From Bacillota bacterium (GTDB taxonomy: Bacteria > Bacillota > Negativicutes > Sporomusales > CTSoil-080): DNA of 64,000 bases. The position numbers and the translations under genes were made by a program. The stretch is taken from positions 9,842-73,841 of the forward strand of contig JAGGAD010000013.1 in NCBI GenBank assembly GCA_017889625.1, written 5' to 3'. Below, piece after piece: positions 29,323 through 39,455 of the stretch (positions within the stretch are counted from its first letter, which is position 1; every line of letters begins with the position of its first letter). Below the pieces are notes generated by a model, which had not been told where the DNA came from, made no database searches, and was given only the letters and a program-made list of their open reading frames with translations.

Positions 29323-30330
29323 TTGTTGGCAGGGCCTGATGTATTATCCCAATCGGAAATAGACGAACTTCTATCTGCGCTGTCAACTGGTATTGTGTCA
29401 GCTGAGGATATGAAGGTTGAACAAAACCAGAAAAAGATTAAGTTATATGACTTTAAGCGCCCAGACAAGTTTTCTAAAGACCAAATTCGTACATTACAAA
29501 TGATTCATGAGAATTTTGCTAGGATGCTTAATACTTATTTAGCGGCTTTGTTGAGATCCTTTGTGCATATCGATGTGGTTTCTGTTGACCAATTGACATA
29601 TGAGGAATTTATCAGATCGCTATCTAACCCCAGTGTAATAAGCATTTTTCAGATGAAGCCCCTTAAAGGGACTGTAATTCTTGAAGTTAATCCTAATATT
29701 GTTTTTGCGATAATAGACCGCCTTTTTGGTGGACCAGGGAATGCGCCACCTAAAACTAGGGCGTTGACTGATATTGAAGAGGCAATAGTAAGAAAAGTTA
29801 TTAGCAAAGCACTTGAAAATTTTAAGGATGCCTGGAAACAAGTGATTGAGTTAGAAACTAAGTTAGAGGCAATTGAGACAAATCCTCAATTTACCCAGAT
29901 TGTTCCTCCAAATGATATGGTTGTTATTGTTACCCTCCAGACCAAAATTGGTCAAACGGAAGGGTTGATAAATATTTGCATTCCTTATTTTGTACTGGAA
30001 CCTATCATGTCTAAACTATCAACCACCTTTTGGGTGGCTTCATCGGTGGCTAAACAGTCATCAGACGAGAGTATAAAGATACTCCAGCGGAAGATTGAAC
30101 GTTCTTTAATTCCGATAAGTGTTCAATTAGGAAGTGTTACAGTAAATGTACATGAATTATTGAGCCTGGCGGTAGGCGATGTTCTGCAACTCGAAACAAG
30201 AACTGATGAAGATCTTAGTGTTGTTATAGGTACAAATGAGAAGTTTAAGTGTAAACCTGGTAAGGCAGGAAAAAAACTAGCAGTGCAGATAAGCAAAATT
30301 GTTGAGAAAGGAGAGGATGGCGATGAATAG
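29323..30330 (+). CDS. fliM: Flagellar motor switch protein FliM
   Basis: 335 aa. N-terminal CheY-P binding motif LSQSEIDELL, the central FliM domain, and a C-terminal SpoA/FliN-like domain. TTG start. Confidence 0.92.
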   Translation: MLAGPDVLSQSEIDELLSALSTGIVSAEDMKVEQNQKKIKLYDFKRPDKFSKDQIRTLQMIHENFARMLNTYLAALLRSFVHIDVVSVDQLTYEEFIRSLSNPSVISIFQMKPLKGTVILEVNPNIVFAIIDRLFGGPGNAPPKTRALTDIEEAIVRKVISKALENFKDAWKQVIELETKLEAIETNPQFTQIVPPNDMVVIVTLQTKIGQTEGLINICIPYFVLEPIMSKLSTTFWVASSVAKQSSDESIKILQRKIERSLIPISVQLGSVTVNVHELLSLAVGDVLQLETRTDEDLSVVIGTNEKFKCKPGKAGKKLAVQISKIVEKGEDGDE

Positions 30331-31450
30331 CGGGTTTTTATCTCAAGAAGAAATTGATGCTTTGCTTCGAGGTGAACCGTCAGCCGCTCCTCAGACCGAT
30401 GTCCTAAGTGATATTGAAAAAGATGCAATGGGCGAAGTCGGTAATATTTCCATGGGTAGCGCAGCAACAACACTGTCAATTTTGCTCTCTAGGCGTGTGT
30501 CAATTACTACGCCGGAAGTGTCGGTAACCAATCTAGAAGCAATTAAGAAACAGTATCCATTGCCGTATCTCATAATTGAGGTAAGTTATGCGGATGGGTT
30601 GACAGGATCAAATCTTTTGGCGATACGCCAAGATGACGCTCTTATTATTGCTGATTTGATGATGGGTGGCGATGGATCAAATCCACCGACTGAATTAAAT
30701 GAACTTTATATGAGTGCTGTTTCCGAGGCTATGAATCAGATGATGGGGGCTGTCGCTACTTCGATATCCACTATCTTTAAGAAAAAGATTGATATATCTC
30801 CGCCAAACTGTCAAATGATGGACTTTTCAACAGAGGCTGAAATTGAAAATTTGCCTTCTGATACTGATCCGTTGGTTGAGGTATTATTCCGAATGGAAGT
30901 TGAAGGGTTAATTGATAGTCAAATTATGCAGATCCTTTCTGTACCAGTGGCTAAGGAGGTTGTAAATAACCTCTTGAATAAGGTGGAAGATGTACCTCAA
31001 GCCCCACCAGCGCCAACTGCACCAGTGACTCCAGCTGCTCCGGTTTCGGCTCCGCCGATGGCCGCGATGCCTCAACCAATGGCTGCACAGCCGCCTATGG
31101 CATCGGGCAGTATACAGCATCAAGGAAATGTAACAGTGCAACCGGCCCAATTTACTCCGTTTACTCCGGTAGCTTTTCCCGGTGTTGATCCCAACATAAA
31201 CCTAGTAATGGATGTGCCGCTCCAGGTTACAGTTGAGCTTGGTCGAACCAAAAAATTAATTCGAGATATCCTTGAACTCAGTCCCGGATCGGTTATCGAG
31301 CTGGATAAACTTGCTGGTGAACCGGTAGATGTAATGGCTAATGGCAAGCTTATCGCTAAAGGTGAAGTTGTGGTAATTGATGAAAACTTTGGTGTAAGGA
31401 TAACCGAAATTGTTGGTCAACTTGACCGAACTGCGTTACAATACCAATAA
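30323..31450 (+). CDS. fliY: Flagellar motor switch phosphatase FliY (CheC-like domains plus FliN C-terminal domain)
   Basis: About 375 aa. Motifs LSQEEIDALLRG, CheC-type DAMGEVGNISMGSAATTLS and SEAMNQMMGAVATS, a Pro/Ala-rich linker, and the FliN domain VELGRTKKLIRDILELSPGSVIELD...GVRITEIV. Confidence 0.9.
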   Translation: MNSGFLSQEEIDALLRGEPSAAPQTDVLSDIEKDAMGEVGNISMGSAATTLSILLSRRVSITTPEVSVTNLEAIKKQYPLPYLIIEVSYADGLTGSNLLAIRQDDALIIADLMMGGDGSNPPTELNELYMSAVSEAMNQMMGAVATSISTIFKKKIDISPPNCQMMDFSTEAEIENLPSDTDPLVEVLFRMEVEGLIDSQIMQILSVPVAKEVVNNLLNKVEDVPQAPPAPTAPVTPAAPVSAPPMAAMPQPMAAQPPMASGSIQHQGNVTVQPAQFTPFTPVAFPGVDPNINLVMDVPLQVTVELGRTKKLIRDILELSPGSVIELDKLAGEPVDVMANGKLIAKGEVVVIDENFGVRITEIVGQLDRTALQYQ

Positions 31451-31476
31451 ATTAATTAATAAGTGAGGTACAAAAC

Positions 31477-31839
31477 ATGGCGACTAGAGTCTTGATTGTT
31501 GATGATGCAGCTTTTATGAGAATGATGATCAAGGATATTTTGAGTAAGAATGGCTTTGAGATAGTTGGCGAAGCTGAAAATGGGGCTAAAGCAGTAGAAA
31601 AGTGGCAAGAACTGCGGCCGGATCTGACAACTATGGATATAACTATGCCTGAGATGGATGGTATTACTGCTGTAAAGAAGATTAAAGGTATTGACCCAAA
31701 TGCCAAAGTTATTATGTGTAGTGCTATGGGACAGCAGGCCATGGTTATTGAAGCTATCCAATCCGGGGCTAAAGACTTTATCGTAAAGCCATTTCAGCCA
31801 GATCGCGTTTTAGAAGCAATTCGTAAAGTTCTTGGATAG
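31477..31839 (+). CDS. cheY: Chemotaxis response regulator CheY
   Basis: 120 aa single receiver domain. Motifs VLIVDDAAFMR, phospho-acceptor context TTMDITMPEMDG, and conserved Lys in FIVKPF. Confidence 0.93.
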   Translation: MATRVLIVDDAAFMRMMIKDILSKNGFEIVGEAENGAKAVEKWQELRPDLTTMDITMPEMDGITAVKKIKGIDPNAKVIMCSAMGQQAMVIEAIQSGAKDFIVKPFQPDRVLEAIRKVLG

Positions 31840-31842
31840 GTT

Positions 31843-32379
31843 ATGAAAAAAAATCAGTATAGGCCGTTAGTCCTTGTAGTTTTACTTTTGGCAATTTTGG
31901 CTGTTGCCTCTACAGCGCTGGCCGCCGAACAAGCAGGTAATTATTTAAACTATAAAGAACCAGAGCCTGCCGGGGCCTCGTGGCTTTCGACACTTTCGTA
32001 TATGTTTACATTGCTTGTTATGTTTGGTGCCGTAATTGCTATGGCCTATGGCACCTCCCGCTTTCTTGGTAAGAAGATGGGCAATGTTATTGCAAACGGG
32101 AATAACAAAGTTTGTGCGACTGTATCTCTGGGGCAAAATCGAGCGGTTCAGGTGGTTGAAGTTGCTGGCCGATTTTTAGTGTTAGGGGTAACTGACCACA
32201 ATATCAATTTATTGCAAGAGATAACTGATCCAGAGCAGATTGAAAAACTGAAAACGCAGGAGCCAGTTGATAGATCGGCACCATTTGAGCAAGTTTTTCA
32301 CAAACATTTGACCTCGCTGCAAAATATGTCCGAGAGGTTTCCGGGAGTATTTGGAAATTACAGCCGCAAAGACAAATAA
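31843..32379 (+). CDS. fliO: Flagellar biosynthesis protein FliO/FliZ
   Basis: 178 aa. Signal-like N-terminus, one internal TM, and the conserved LGQNRAVQVVEVAGRFLVLGVTD segment. Position cheY-fliO-fliP as for B. subtilis fliZ. Confidence 0.8.
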   Translation: MKKNQYRPLVLVVLLLAILAVASTALAAEQAGNYLNYKEPEPAGASWLSTLSYMFTLLVMFGAVIAMAYGTSRFLGKKMGNVIANGNNKVCATVSLGQNRAVQVVEVAGRFLVLGVTDHNINLLQEITDPEQIEKLKTQEPVDRSAPFEQVFHKHLTSLQNMSERFPGVFGNYSRKDK

Positions 32380-32398
32380 AACGAGAAGGGGTAAGGCG

Positions 32399-33163
32399 GT
32401 GCTTAAGCGATCTCTAATGCTATTGAGCGTTGGCTTGATTGGTGGATGGTTGCTATTTAACGCCACTGCCTCTGCCGCGCCACTGATTCCAATACCGAGT
32501 ATCAATGTAGGAGTTGAAGCAGCTAATAAACCGGAAGACGTTGCCCTGAGTCTGCAAATATTGTTTACTTTAACAATATTGACCCTGGCACCGTCAATTC
32601 TAATAATGATGACATCCTTTACCCGGATCATTGTTGTTTTGTCATTCTTGCGCAGTGCGTTAGGCACCCAACAAATGCCGCCTAACCAAGTACTAGTAGG
32701 TCTAGCGTTATTTTTAACCTTTTTCACAATGTCACCGTATATTACACAGGTTACTAATAATGCGATGCAGCCTTATCTAGCTGGCAGTATGACCCAAGAG
32801 GCAGCGATGACTGAAGCCATGAAACCGATGCGGGAATTTATGTTTAAGCAGACCCGTGAAAATGACCTTGCGCTTTTTGTGAATCTTTCGGAACTGCCTC
32901 GGCCAAATTCGCAGGAAGATATACCATCAACAACTTTAATTCCCGCATTTGTGATTAGTGAATTAAAGACAGCCTTTCAAATTGGCTTCTTGATTTATAT
33001 ACCTTTTATCGTTATTGATATGGTGGTAGCAAGCACCTTGATGTCCATGGGGATGATGATGTTGCCGCCGGTTATGATTTCATTGCCGTTCAAAATACTA
33101 TTATTCATTCTTGTTGATGGTTGGCATTTAATCATTCGTTCACTGGTAGCCAGCTTTAACTAG
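32399..33163 (+). CDS. fliP: Flagellar export apparatus protein FliP
   Basis: 254 aa. Motifs LTLAPSILIMMTSFTRIIVVLSFLRSALGTQQMPPNQVL and FLIYIPFIVIDMVVAS. GTG 32399 lies after the fliO stop. The ORF-track start at 32351 overlaps fliO. Confidence 0.92.
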   Translation: MLKRSLMLLSVGLIGGWLLFNATASAAPLIPIPSINVGVEAANKPEDVALSLQILFTLTILTLAPSILIMMTSFTRIIVVLSFLRSALGTQQMPPNQVLVGLALFLTFFTMSPYITQVTNNAMQPYLAGSMTQEAAMTEAMKPMREFMFKQTRENDLALFVNLSELPRPNSQEDIPSTTLIPAFVISELKTAFQIGFLIYIPFIVIDMVVASTLMSMGMMMLPPVMISLPFKILLFILVDGWHLIIRSLVASFN

Positions 33164-33175
33164 AGGGGGATAAGG

Positions 33176-33445
33176 ATGTCTGGTGATTTAGCATTACAAA
33201 TTGGTCGTGATGCGTTATTGATGGTAATGCTGATATCGGCACCGATGCTTGGCTTGGGGCTCTTGGTGGGGATAATAGTAAGCATATTTCAGGCTACAAC
33301 GCAGATTCAGGAACAAACGCTTAGTTTTATTCCTAAGATTGTAGCTGTTTTTGTCGCAATGGTAATGTTTGGTCCATGGATGTTAAGTATGCTTACGTCA
33401 TATACCCGAGAGCTATTTATGTTGATACCGCAAATGATACATTAG
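33176..33445 (+). CDS. fliQ: Flagellar export apparatus protein FliQ
   Basis: 89 aa, two TM segments. Motif FQATTQIQEQTLSFIPKI. Confidence 0.92.
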   Translation: MSGDLALQIGRDALLMVMLISAPMLGLGLLVGIIVSIFQATTQIQEQTLSFIPKIVAVFVAMVMFGPWMLSMLTSYTRELFMLIPQMIH

Positions 33446-33463
33446 CAAGGTGGTATAAATAGC

Positions 33464-34255
33464 TTGGATATACTATCGGCTCTATTAAGTCAGACAGGAT
33501 TTTTTCTGTTGATATTTGCGCGCATCAGCGGAATTTTTTCAACTTTGCCGTTTTTAGGCAGCCGGAATATTCCGGTGCTTGTTAAAGCTGGACTGTCTAT
33601 ACTATTTTCATTTTTATTGCTTCCTTTGGTGTACTCAACTAATACAGTCATTCCAGAAAAGTTATTGCCATATGTTTTATTGGTTATACAGGAGTTTTTA
33701 GTCGGCCTTATTTTTGGCTATGTTAGTTCTTTTTTCATGTACGCTGTTCAAATGGCGGGACATATTATGGACTTGCAAATCGGGTTTGGTATGGTTAACG
33801 TATTTGATCCACAACAAGGACAACAGATTCCGCTGTTAGGTAACTTTCAATACATTCTAGCAATGCTGGTGTTTTTATTGCTAAATGGTCATCATGTGTT
33901 AATCTCAGCACTGTTTGCTAGTTTTAAAGTTGTACCAATTACTGGAGTAGTGTTTGATGCCACGTTAACTCAATTTATGGTAGACATTTTTGTGAACACT
34001 TTTAGTATAGCCTTTAAAATTAGTGTGCCGATACTTTCGGCTTTGTTGATAACTGACGTGGCAATGGGTATTTTAGCCCGGACTATGCCGCAAATGAATA
34101 TTTTTGTTGTTGGTGTTCCAGGGAAAATAGCAGTAGGCATCTTTGTTTTGCTTATTGGTTTGCCGTTTTACGTTGGAGCTTTGGGGGTGGGATTTGATGC
34201 TATGTATCGGGACGTTTACAACCTCTTGTATATACTCCAGCCAACCGTCCACTAA
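33464..34255 (+). CDS. fliR: Flagellar export apparatus protein FliR
   Basis: 263 aa polytopic protein. Located between fliQ and flhB. TTG start. Confidence 0.88.
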   Translation: MDILSALLSQTGFFLLIFARISGIFSTLPFLGSRNIPVLVKAGLSILFSFLLLPLVYSTNTVIPEKLLPYVLLVIQEFLVGLIFGYVSSFFMYAVQMAGHIMDLQIGFGMVNVFDPQQGQQIPLLGNFQYILAMLVFLLLNGHHVLISALFASFKVVPITGVVFDATLTQFMVDIFVNTFSIAFKISVPILSALLITDVAMGILARTMPQMNIFVVGVPGKIAVGIFVLLIGLPFYVGALGVGFDAMYRDVYNLLYILQPTVH

Positions 34256-35339
34256 CTATAAAATTGTTGAATTTGATCTTCAACGGTTTAGTCAGGAAAA
34301 GACGGAAGAGGCGACCCCTAAACGAAAAGAAGAGTCACGTCAAAAAGGCCAGGTAGCAAAAAGTGCAGAAGTTAATTCAGCATTTGTTATATTATCTGCT
34401 TTTCTGGCCTTAAAGATGATTGGACCGTATATATACACTGAACTTACCATGTTCATGAGATTTATGTTTACTGATTTTTCGACTACTGATTTTACAATTG
34501 ATGGTATGCAGGTTATACTGATTAATTTTATTATTGTATTTTTGAAAACATCGTTGCCAATTATGCTGGTTATTATGGTTATATCAGTAGCAGTGGGTTT
34601 TCTTCAAGTAGGCTTTGTTTTTTCAACAGAGGCGTTGATGCCCAAGTTTGACAGAATTAATCCGCTGTCGGGTATCACGAAACTTTTTTCTAAACGGTCA
34701 CTTGTTGAATTAGTGAAATCACTGCTCAAGGTAGGAATAATTGGCTATTTTATTATTAGATTTGTAATAAATGAAACAGGTAAAATACCTGAACTAATTA
34801 ATGCTGATTTATTTGATACACTTCAATATGTTGGCTCATTAATTGTCAACCTAGCCTTTCAAATAGGCGGAGTAATGCTTGTTCTTGCGGCTATCGACTA
34901 TTTTTATCAATGGTGGGAACATAATCAAAGTCTCAAGATGTCTAAACAAGAAATAAAGGAAGAATTAAAACAAACTGATGGAAATCCGCAATTAAAAGGG
35001 AAAATTAAGGAACGGCAGCGAGCTATGGCTATGCAAAGGATGATGGAAGAAGTTCCTAAAGCAACAGTTATAGTAACCAATCCAACTCACTTTGCTGTGG
35101 CCATAAAATATGATTCAACTATGTCTGCTCCTGAAGTAGTAGCAAAAGGACAAGATTTCTTAGCGGAGCGGATAAAATCTTTGGCCAGAGAAAATAAAGT
35201 TGTTATTGTGGAAAATAAGCCGTTAGCCCGTACCTTATATGCGAGCGTAGATATAGGTGGAAGCGTTCCGCCGGAACTATACCAGGCAGTAGCTGAAGTA
35301 TTGGCTCATGTATATCGTCTAAAAAAACGCTTGTCATAA
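34197..35339 (+). CDS. flhB: Flagellar export switch protein FlhB (start uncertain)
   Basis: Conserved N-terminal motif DLQRFSQEKTEEATPKRKEESRQKGQVAKS and autocleavage site NPTHF. No ATG, GTG or TTG lies between the fliR stop (34253-34255) and this motif. The nearest canonical start is ATG 34197 (SD gggggtggg), which overlaps fliR by 59 nt. Confidence 0.85.
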   Translation: MLCIGTFTTSCIYSSQPSTNYKIVEFDLQRFSQEKTEEATPKRKEESRQKGQVAKSAEVNSAFVILSAFLALKMIGPYIYTELTMFMRFMFTDFSTTDFTIDGMQVILINFIIVFLKTSLPIMLVIMVISVAVGFLQVGFVFSTEALMPKFDRINPLSGITKLFSKRSLVELVKSLLKVGIIGYFIIRFVINETGKIPELINADLFDTLQYVGSLIVNLAFQIGGVMLVLAAIDYFYQWWEHNQSLKMSKQEIKEELKQTDGNPQLKGKIKERQRAMAMQRMMEEVPKATVIVTNPTHFAVAIKYDSTMSAPEVVAKGQDFLAERIKSLARENKVVIVENKPLARTLYASVDIGGSVPPELYQAVAEVLAHVYRLKKRLS

Positions 35340-35358
35340 ATAAAAGGAGCGAGATATA

Positions 35359-37422
35359 TTGGCTACTCAAACGTCACCTTTTGCAAAGTTATTGAAATAT
35401 AGTGACATACTGATTGCAATCGCTGTCATTACAATTGTTGTGATGATGATTATTCCGCTACCATCTATAATACTTGACTTGTTTTTGACGTTAAATATTA
35501 CGTTAGCTCTTGTAATAGTAATGGTAGCTCTTTATAATATTGAGCCACTCGACTTTTCAGTTTTTCCATCACTGCTATTAGTAACAACATTGTTTAGGTT
35601 GGCACTGAATGTTTCGTCAACGAGACTGATTCTGTTAGACGGATTTGCCGGCGATGTTATTACGTCATTTGGAAACTTTGTTGTTGGTGGCAATCCTTTA
35701 GTTGGTTTTATTGTCTTTGTAATATTAATTATTATTCAATTTATTGTTATAACCCGTGGTGCGGAACGGGTTGCTGAAGTAGGTGCCCGGTTTACACTAG
35801 ATGCAATGCCTGGTAAGCAAATGAGTATCGATGCAGATTTAAATGCGGGGCTTATTTCTGATGTTGAGGCTCGGCAGCGTCGACGCACGATTCAGCGTGA
35901 GGCAGACTTTTATGGCGCTATGGATGGTGCCAGTAAGTTTGTCAAAGGGGACGCTATTGCGGCGATAATCATTATTATCATCAATATTGTTGGTGGGTTT
36001 GCCATAGGCATGTTACAGCGAAATATGGATATTACCCAGGCACTGCATACGTATACCTTATTGACGGTAGGTGAGGGGCTTGTTAACCAAATACCGGCGC
36101 TTTTAATTTCAACAGCAACTGGTATTGTTGTAACTAGAGCTGCCTCTGACTCCAATCTCGGTCAAGATATAGTTGGGCAGTTGTTGACTAATCCGAGAAT
36201 TTTTTTCATAGCCTCCGGAGTACTATTAATACTTGCTATGATCCCGGGGTTACCGGGAATTCCGTTTTTTCTGCTAGGCAGTATTTGTTTTGGCTTTGCA
36301 TATCTATTGCGCCAGAACGTGGTGGATGCTGCTAAAACAGAGTTAAGTATGCAAGAGGAAAAAGAAATTGAAGAAGTTCGTAAACCAGAAAATGTAGTAT
36401 CATTGCTTCAAGTTGATCTGATGGAGCTTGAGATAGGTTACAGTCTGATTCCAATTGTTGATACCGCGCAGGGCGGCGATCTTCTAAACCGTATTGTGAT
36501 GATTCGCCGACAATGTGCCCTGGAAATGGGTTTGATTGTTCCAACAATTAGAATACGTGATAATATACAGTTAAAGCCTAATGCTTATATTGTAAAACTC
36601 AAAGGAATCGAAATAGCAAAAGGCGAATTACTCTTAGATCACTTCATGGCAATGAATCCTGGGACAGTTGCTGAGGAACTAGTTGGTATAGACACAATTG
36701 AGCCTGCATTTGGTCTTCCGGCACTATGGATTCCGGATTTTAACCGTGAACGTGCTGAACTAGCCGGGTATACTGTTGTTGACGCAGTATCTGTTTTGGC
36801 GACTCATCTTACCGAGGTTATTCGCGCTCATGGGGCCGAAATACTTGGACGTCAAGAAGTTCAAACCATTATTGATTCGGTTCGTCAAACTAATCCGGCA
36901 GTAGTAGATGAACTTGTGCCTAACTTGCTATCGGTCGGAGATATTCAAAAAGTTTTGGCGATGTTGCTTAGAGAACGAGTTTCAATTCGGGATATGGTTA
37001 CAATTTTAGAAACGCTGGCGGATAATGCTGCAATTACCAAAGATGTTGAAGTTTTGGCCGAATATGTACGTCAGGCTTTGGCTCGTCAGATATCCAGACA
37101 ATATGTTCAAAATGAGATTCTTACTTGTTTGACTATTGATCCGCAACTTGAAAATACTATAAATGCGGGCATCCAGCGAACTGAGCATGGCTCCTATGTG
37201 GCGTTAGATCCGCAGACAATGCAATTGATTATAAATAGTCTTAACCAGGAGTTGCCTAAACTAACTGAGCGTGGCTATTCACCGGTAGTGTTGGTTAGTC
37301 CGGCGACACGACTGTATTTTCGCAAATTGACAGAACGGGTAGCGCCTAATTTAGTGGTACTATCTTTCGCGGAAGTTGATCCAACTACAGAGGTACAAGC
37401 TGTTGGGATGGTGAAAATATAA
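35359..37422 (+). CDS. flhA: Flagellar export gate protein FlhA
   Basis: 687 aa. TM domain with FPSLLLVTTLFRLALNVSSTRLIL, the FHIPEP motif region MPGKQMSIDADL, and a large cytoplasmic C-terminal domain. Confidence 0.95.
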   Translation: MATQTSPFAKLLKYSDILIAIAVITIVVMMIIPLPSIILDLFLTLNITLALVIVMVALYNIEPLDFSVFPSLLLVTTLFRLALNVSSTRLILLDGFAGDVITSFGNFVVGGNPLVGFIVFVILIIIQFIVITRGAERVAEVGARFTLDAMPGKQMSIDADLNAGLISDVEARQRRRTIQREADFYGAMDGASKFVKGDAIAAIIIIIINIVGGFAIGMLQRNMDITQALHTYTLLTVGEGLVNQIPALLISTATGIVVTRAASDSNLGQDIVGQLLTNPRIFFIASGVLLILAMIPGLPGIPFFLLGSICFGFAYLLRQNVVDAAKTELSMQEEKEIEEVRKPENVVSLLQVDLMELEIGYSLIPIVDTAQGGDLLNRIVMIRRQCALEMGLIVPTIRIRDNIQLKPNAYIVKLKGIEIAKGELLLDHFMAMNPGTVAEELVGIDTIEPAFGLPALWIPDFNRERAELAGYTVVDAVSVLATHLTEVIRAHGAEILGRQEVQTIIDSVRQTNPAVVDELVPNLLSVGDIQKVLAMLLRERVSIRDMVTILETLADNAAITKDVEVLAEYVRQALARQISRQYVQNEILTCLTIDPQLENTINAGIQRTEHGSYVALDPQTMQLIINSLNQELPKLTERGYSPVVLVSPATRLYFRKLTERVAPNLVVLSFAEVDPTTEVQAVGMVKI

Positions 37423-37423
37423 A

Positions 37424-38527
37424 GTGAAAGTAAAAGTATATACCGCAACTAATATGCAAGATGCTGTTGCTCAAGTAAAAAGTGAATTAGGAAGAGATGC
37501 TGTCATTTTGCATACGCGTCGATTCTATAAAGGCGGTTTTTTAGGCTTCTTTGGTAAAGAGATGGTGGAAGTGATGGCAGCCGTCGATACGCAGCCATCG
37601 GCACCAGCGCCGTCTCCCATCAAGAAGGCGCCAGTTAATGCTACGCCGTGGATAGTGGAAGAAGAAGCCAAAGTATCAGAATTGCAACAGGAAATAACCA
37701 ATATGCGAAAAATGATTGAGCAGGTGGTTACAAAACTGCCAAGTAAAGAAACGAATAATTCGTGTTGGCATGACTTACTAATAAAGAATGATATTGACCC
37801 TGAAATTGCTGATAATATCATCAAAGAATTACCTGATCAAAACTTATTAGTCGGTAGTAATCCAGCTATTGTCAAGCATCTTCTTATCGAGCGGATAAGC
37901 AAACATTTACAGCATATTGAAGGAATTACTTTGCCGGAAACAGGCTGTAAAACAGTTGCATTTATTGGTCCGACAGGCGTTGGTAAAACTACTACTATTG
38001 CCAAGATTGCGGCTAATTTTGCGATGAATCAAGGACACAAGGTTGTGCTTATCACTGCCGATACGTACCGTATTTCCGCAGTTGAGCAGCTTAAAACCTA
38101 TGCAGACATTATCGATATTCCCGTGGAGGTTGTTTATACTCCAGATGATTTAAAATCAGCATTATTTCGTCACCGTGACAAAAAACTAGTTTTAGTAGAT
38201 ACAGCTGGACGAAGTCCACGTAATCAGTATCAATTAGAAGAATTACAAGCGTTGTTAGCGGTTGACCCTGAGATAGAAACCCACTTAGTGCTTGGAATAT
38301 CAACAAAATATGCTGAAGCTTTAGAAATTGTAACTAAGTTCGCAGTTTGTGAACCACAAAGAATTTTGTTTACTAAATTTGATGAAGCCTGCAATCTGGG
38401 AACATTGTTTAACCTTCTGTATAAATTTCCGACAACCTTATCATATATTACAACTGGGCAAAATGTTCCGGATGATATCGAATTGGCAAATCCCGTCAAA
38501 CTTGCAAATATGATTTTGAGGGATTGA
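37424..38527 (+). CDS. flhF: Flagellar SRP-type GTPase FlhF
   Basis: 367 aa. G1 [22 protein letters not shown], and an SRP54-type NG fold. GTG follows directly after the flhA stop. Confidence 0.92.
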   Translation: MKVKVYTATNMQDAVAQVKSELGRDAVILHTRRFYKGGFLGFFGKEMVEVMAAVDTQPSAPAPSPIKKAPVNATPWIVEEEAKVSELQQEITNMRKMIEQVVTKLPSKETNNSCWHDLLIKNDIDPEIADNIIKELPDQNLLVGSNPAIVKHLLIERISKHLQHIEGITLPETGCKTVAFIGPTGVGKTTTIAKIAANFAMNQGHKVVLITADTYRISAVEQLKTYADIIDIPVEVVYTPDDLKSALFRHRDKKLVLVDTAGRSPRNQYQLEELQALLAVDPEIETHLVLGISTKYAEALEIVTKFAVCEPQRILFTKFDEACNLGTLFNLLYKFPTTLSYITTGQNVPDDIELANPVKLANMILRD

Positions 38528-38528
38528 T

Positions 38529-39419
38529 ATGAGAGATCAAGCAGAAAAATTACGCGAAATTGCTCGAGGAGCCAGGACAACATTTAATAGTGGCAATGCT
38601 ATTATAAAGAAAAATGCGATTCAGGCCCGGGTTATTGCTGTAACCAGTGGTAAAGGCGGAGTTGGGAAAACTAATTTTACGGTTAATTTAGCGGTTGCTT
38701 TGACAAAATTAGGCAAAAATGTCATGATAATTGATGCTGATCTTGGGTTAGGCAATGTCGAATATGTATTAGGCTGTACCTCAAGGTATAACTTATATGA
38801 TTTATTAAATCGTACCTGTACAGTAAAAGATATTATTACTGAGAGCCCGCATGGAGTGAAATTTATGTCTGGCGGATCAGGTATATATCAACTAGCTGAA
38901 CTTAGTGAAGATAAACTTAATGAAGTTATCGGGCAGACTATGCAGTATGATGAATGGGCTGATATTATACTTGTGGATACCGGGGCTGGCATAAACCGTA
39001 ATGTAATGAATTTTGTTGTGGCAGCTGATGAAGTTATCGTAGTAACTACTACAGAACCGACGGCGATTGCTGATGCCTATGCCTTAATGAAGGTTTATAA
39101 TATATATAATGGAACTGCGACACTTAAGCTGGTAATAAATCGTGTTAATGAATATAGTGAAGGCGAAAGTGTAGCCAATAAACTAATAAAGGTTGCGCAA
39201 CAGTTTTTAGGAGTTTCAGTCGGCAGCCTAGGGTTTGTATATGAAGATAAAAATTTAGTTAAAGCTGTAAAAAATCAAGTGCCTGTCATTATTGCGCAAC
39301 CTGACACTGTAGCGGCGCGGAGCATAGTGGATATTGCTCAACGCTTGCTTTATGGAAAACCTGCTAATTCTGATGGTATAGCTGGATTTTTCAAGAAATT
39401 TTTAAATAGGTTACGCTGA
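38529..39419 (+). CDS. flhG: MinD/ParA-type ATPase FlhG (YlxH)
   Basis: 296 aa. Deviant Walker A SGKGGVGKTNFTVNLA. Position after flhF. Confidence 0.9.
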   Translation: MRDQAEKLREIARGARTTFNSGNAIIKKNAIQARVIAVTSGKGGVGKTNFTVNLAVALTKLGKNVMIIDADLGLGNVEYVLGCTSRYNLYDLLNRTCTVKDIITESPHGVKFMSGGSGIYQLAELSEDKLNEVIGQTMQYDEWADIILVDTGAGINRNVMNFVVAADEVIVVTTTEPTAIADAYALMKVYNIYNGTATLKLVINRVNEYSEGESVANKLIKVAQQFLGVSVGSLGFVYEDKNLVKAVKNQVPVIIAQPDTVAARSIVDIAQRLLYGKPANSDGIAGFFKKFLNRLR

Positions 39420-39455
39420 AGCGGGTAAGAGGAGGGATGTCCTATAGTAACGAAA

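Noticed and set aside
32209-32727. 172-aa minus-strand ORF antisense to fliO/fliP
   Set aside because: It overlaps conserved fliP motifs on the + strand and shows no recognisable domain or RBS.
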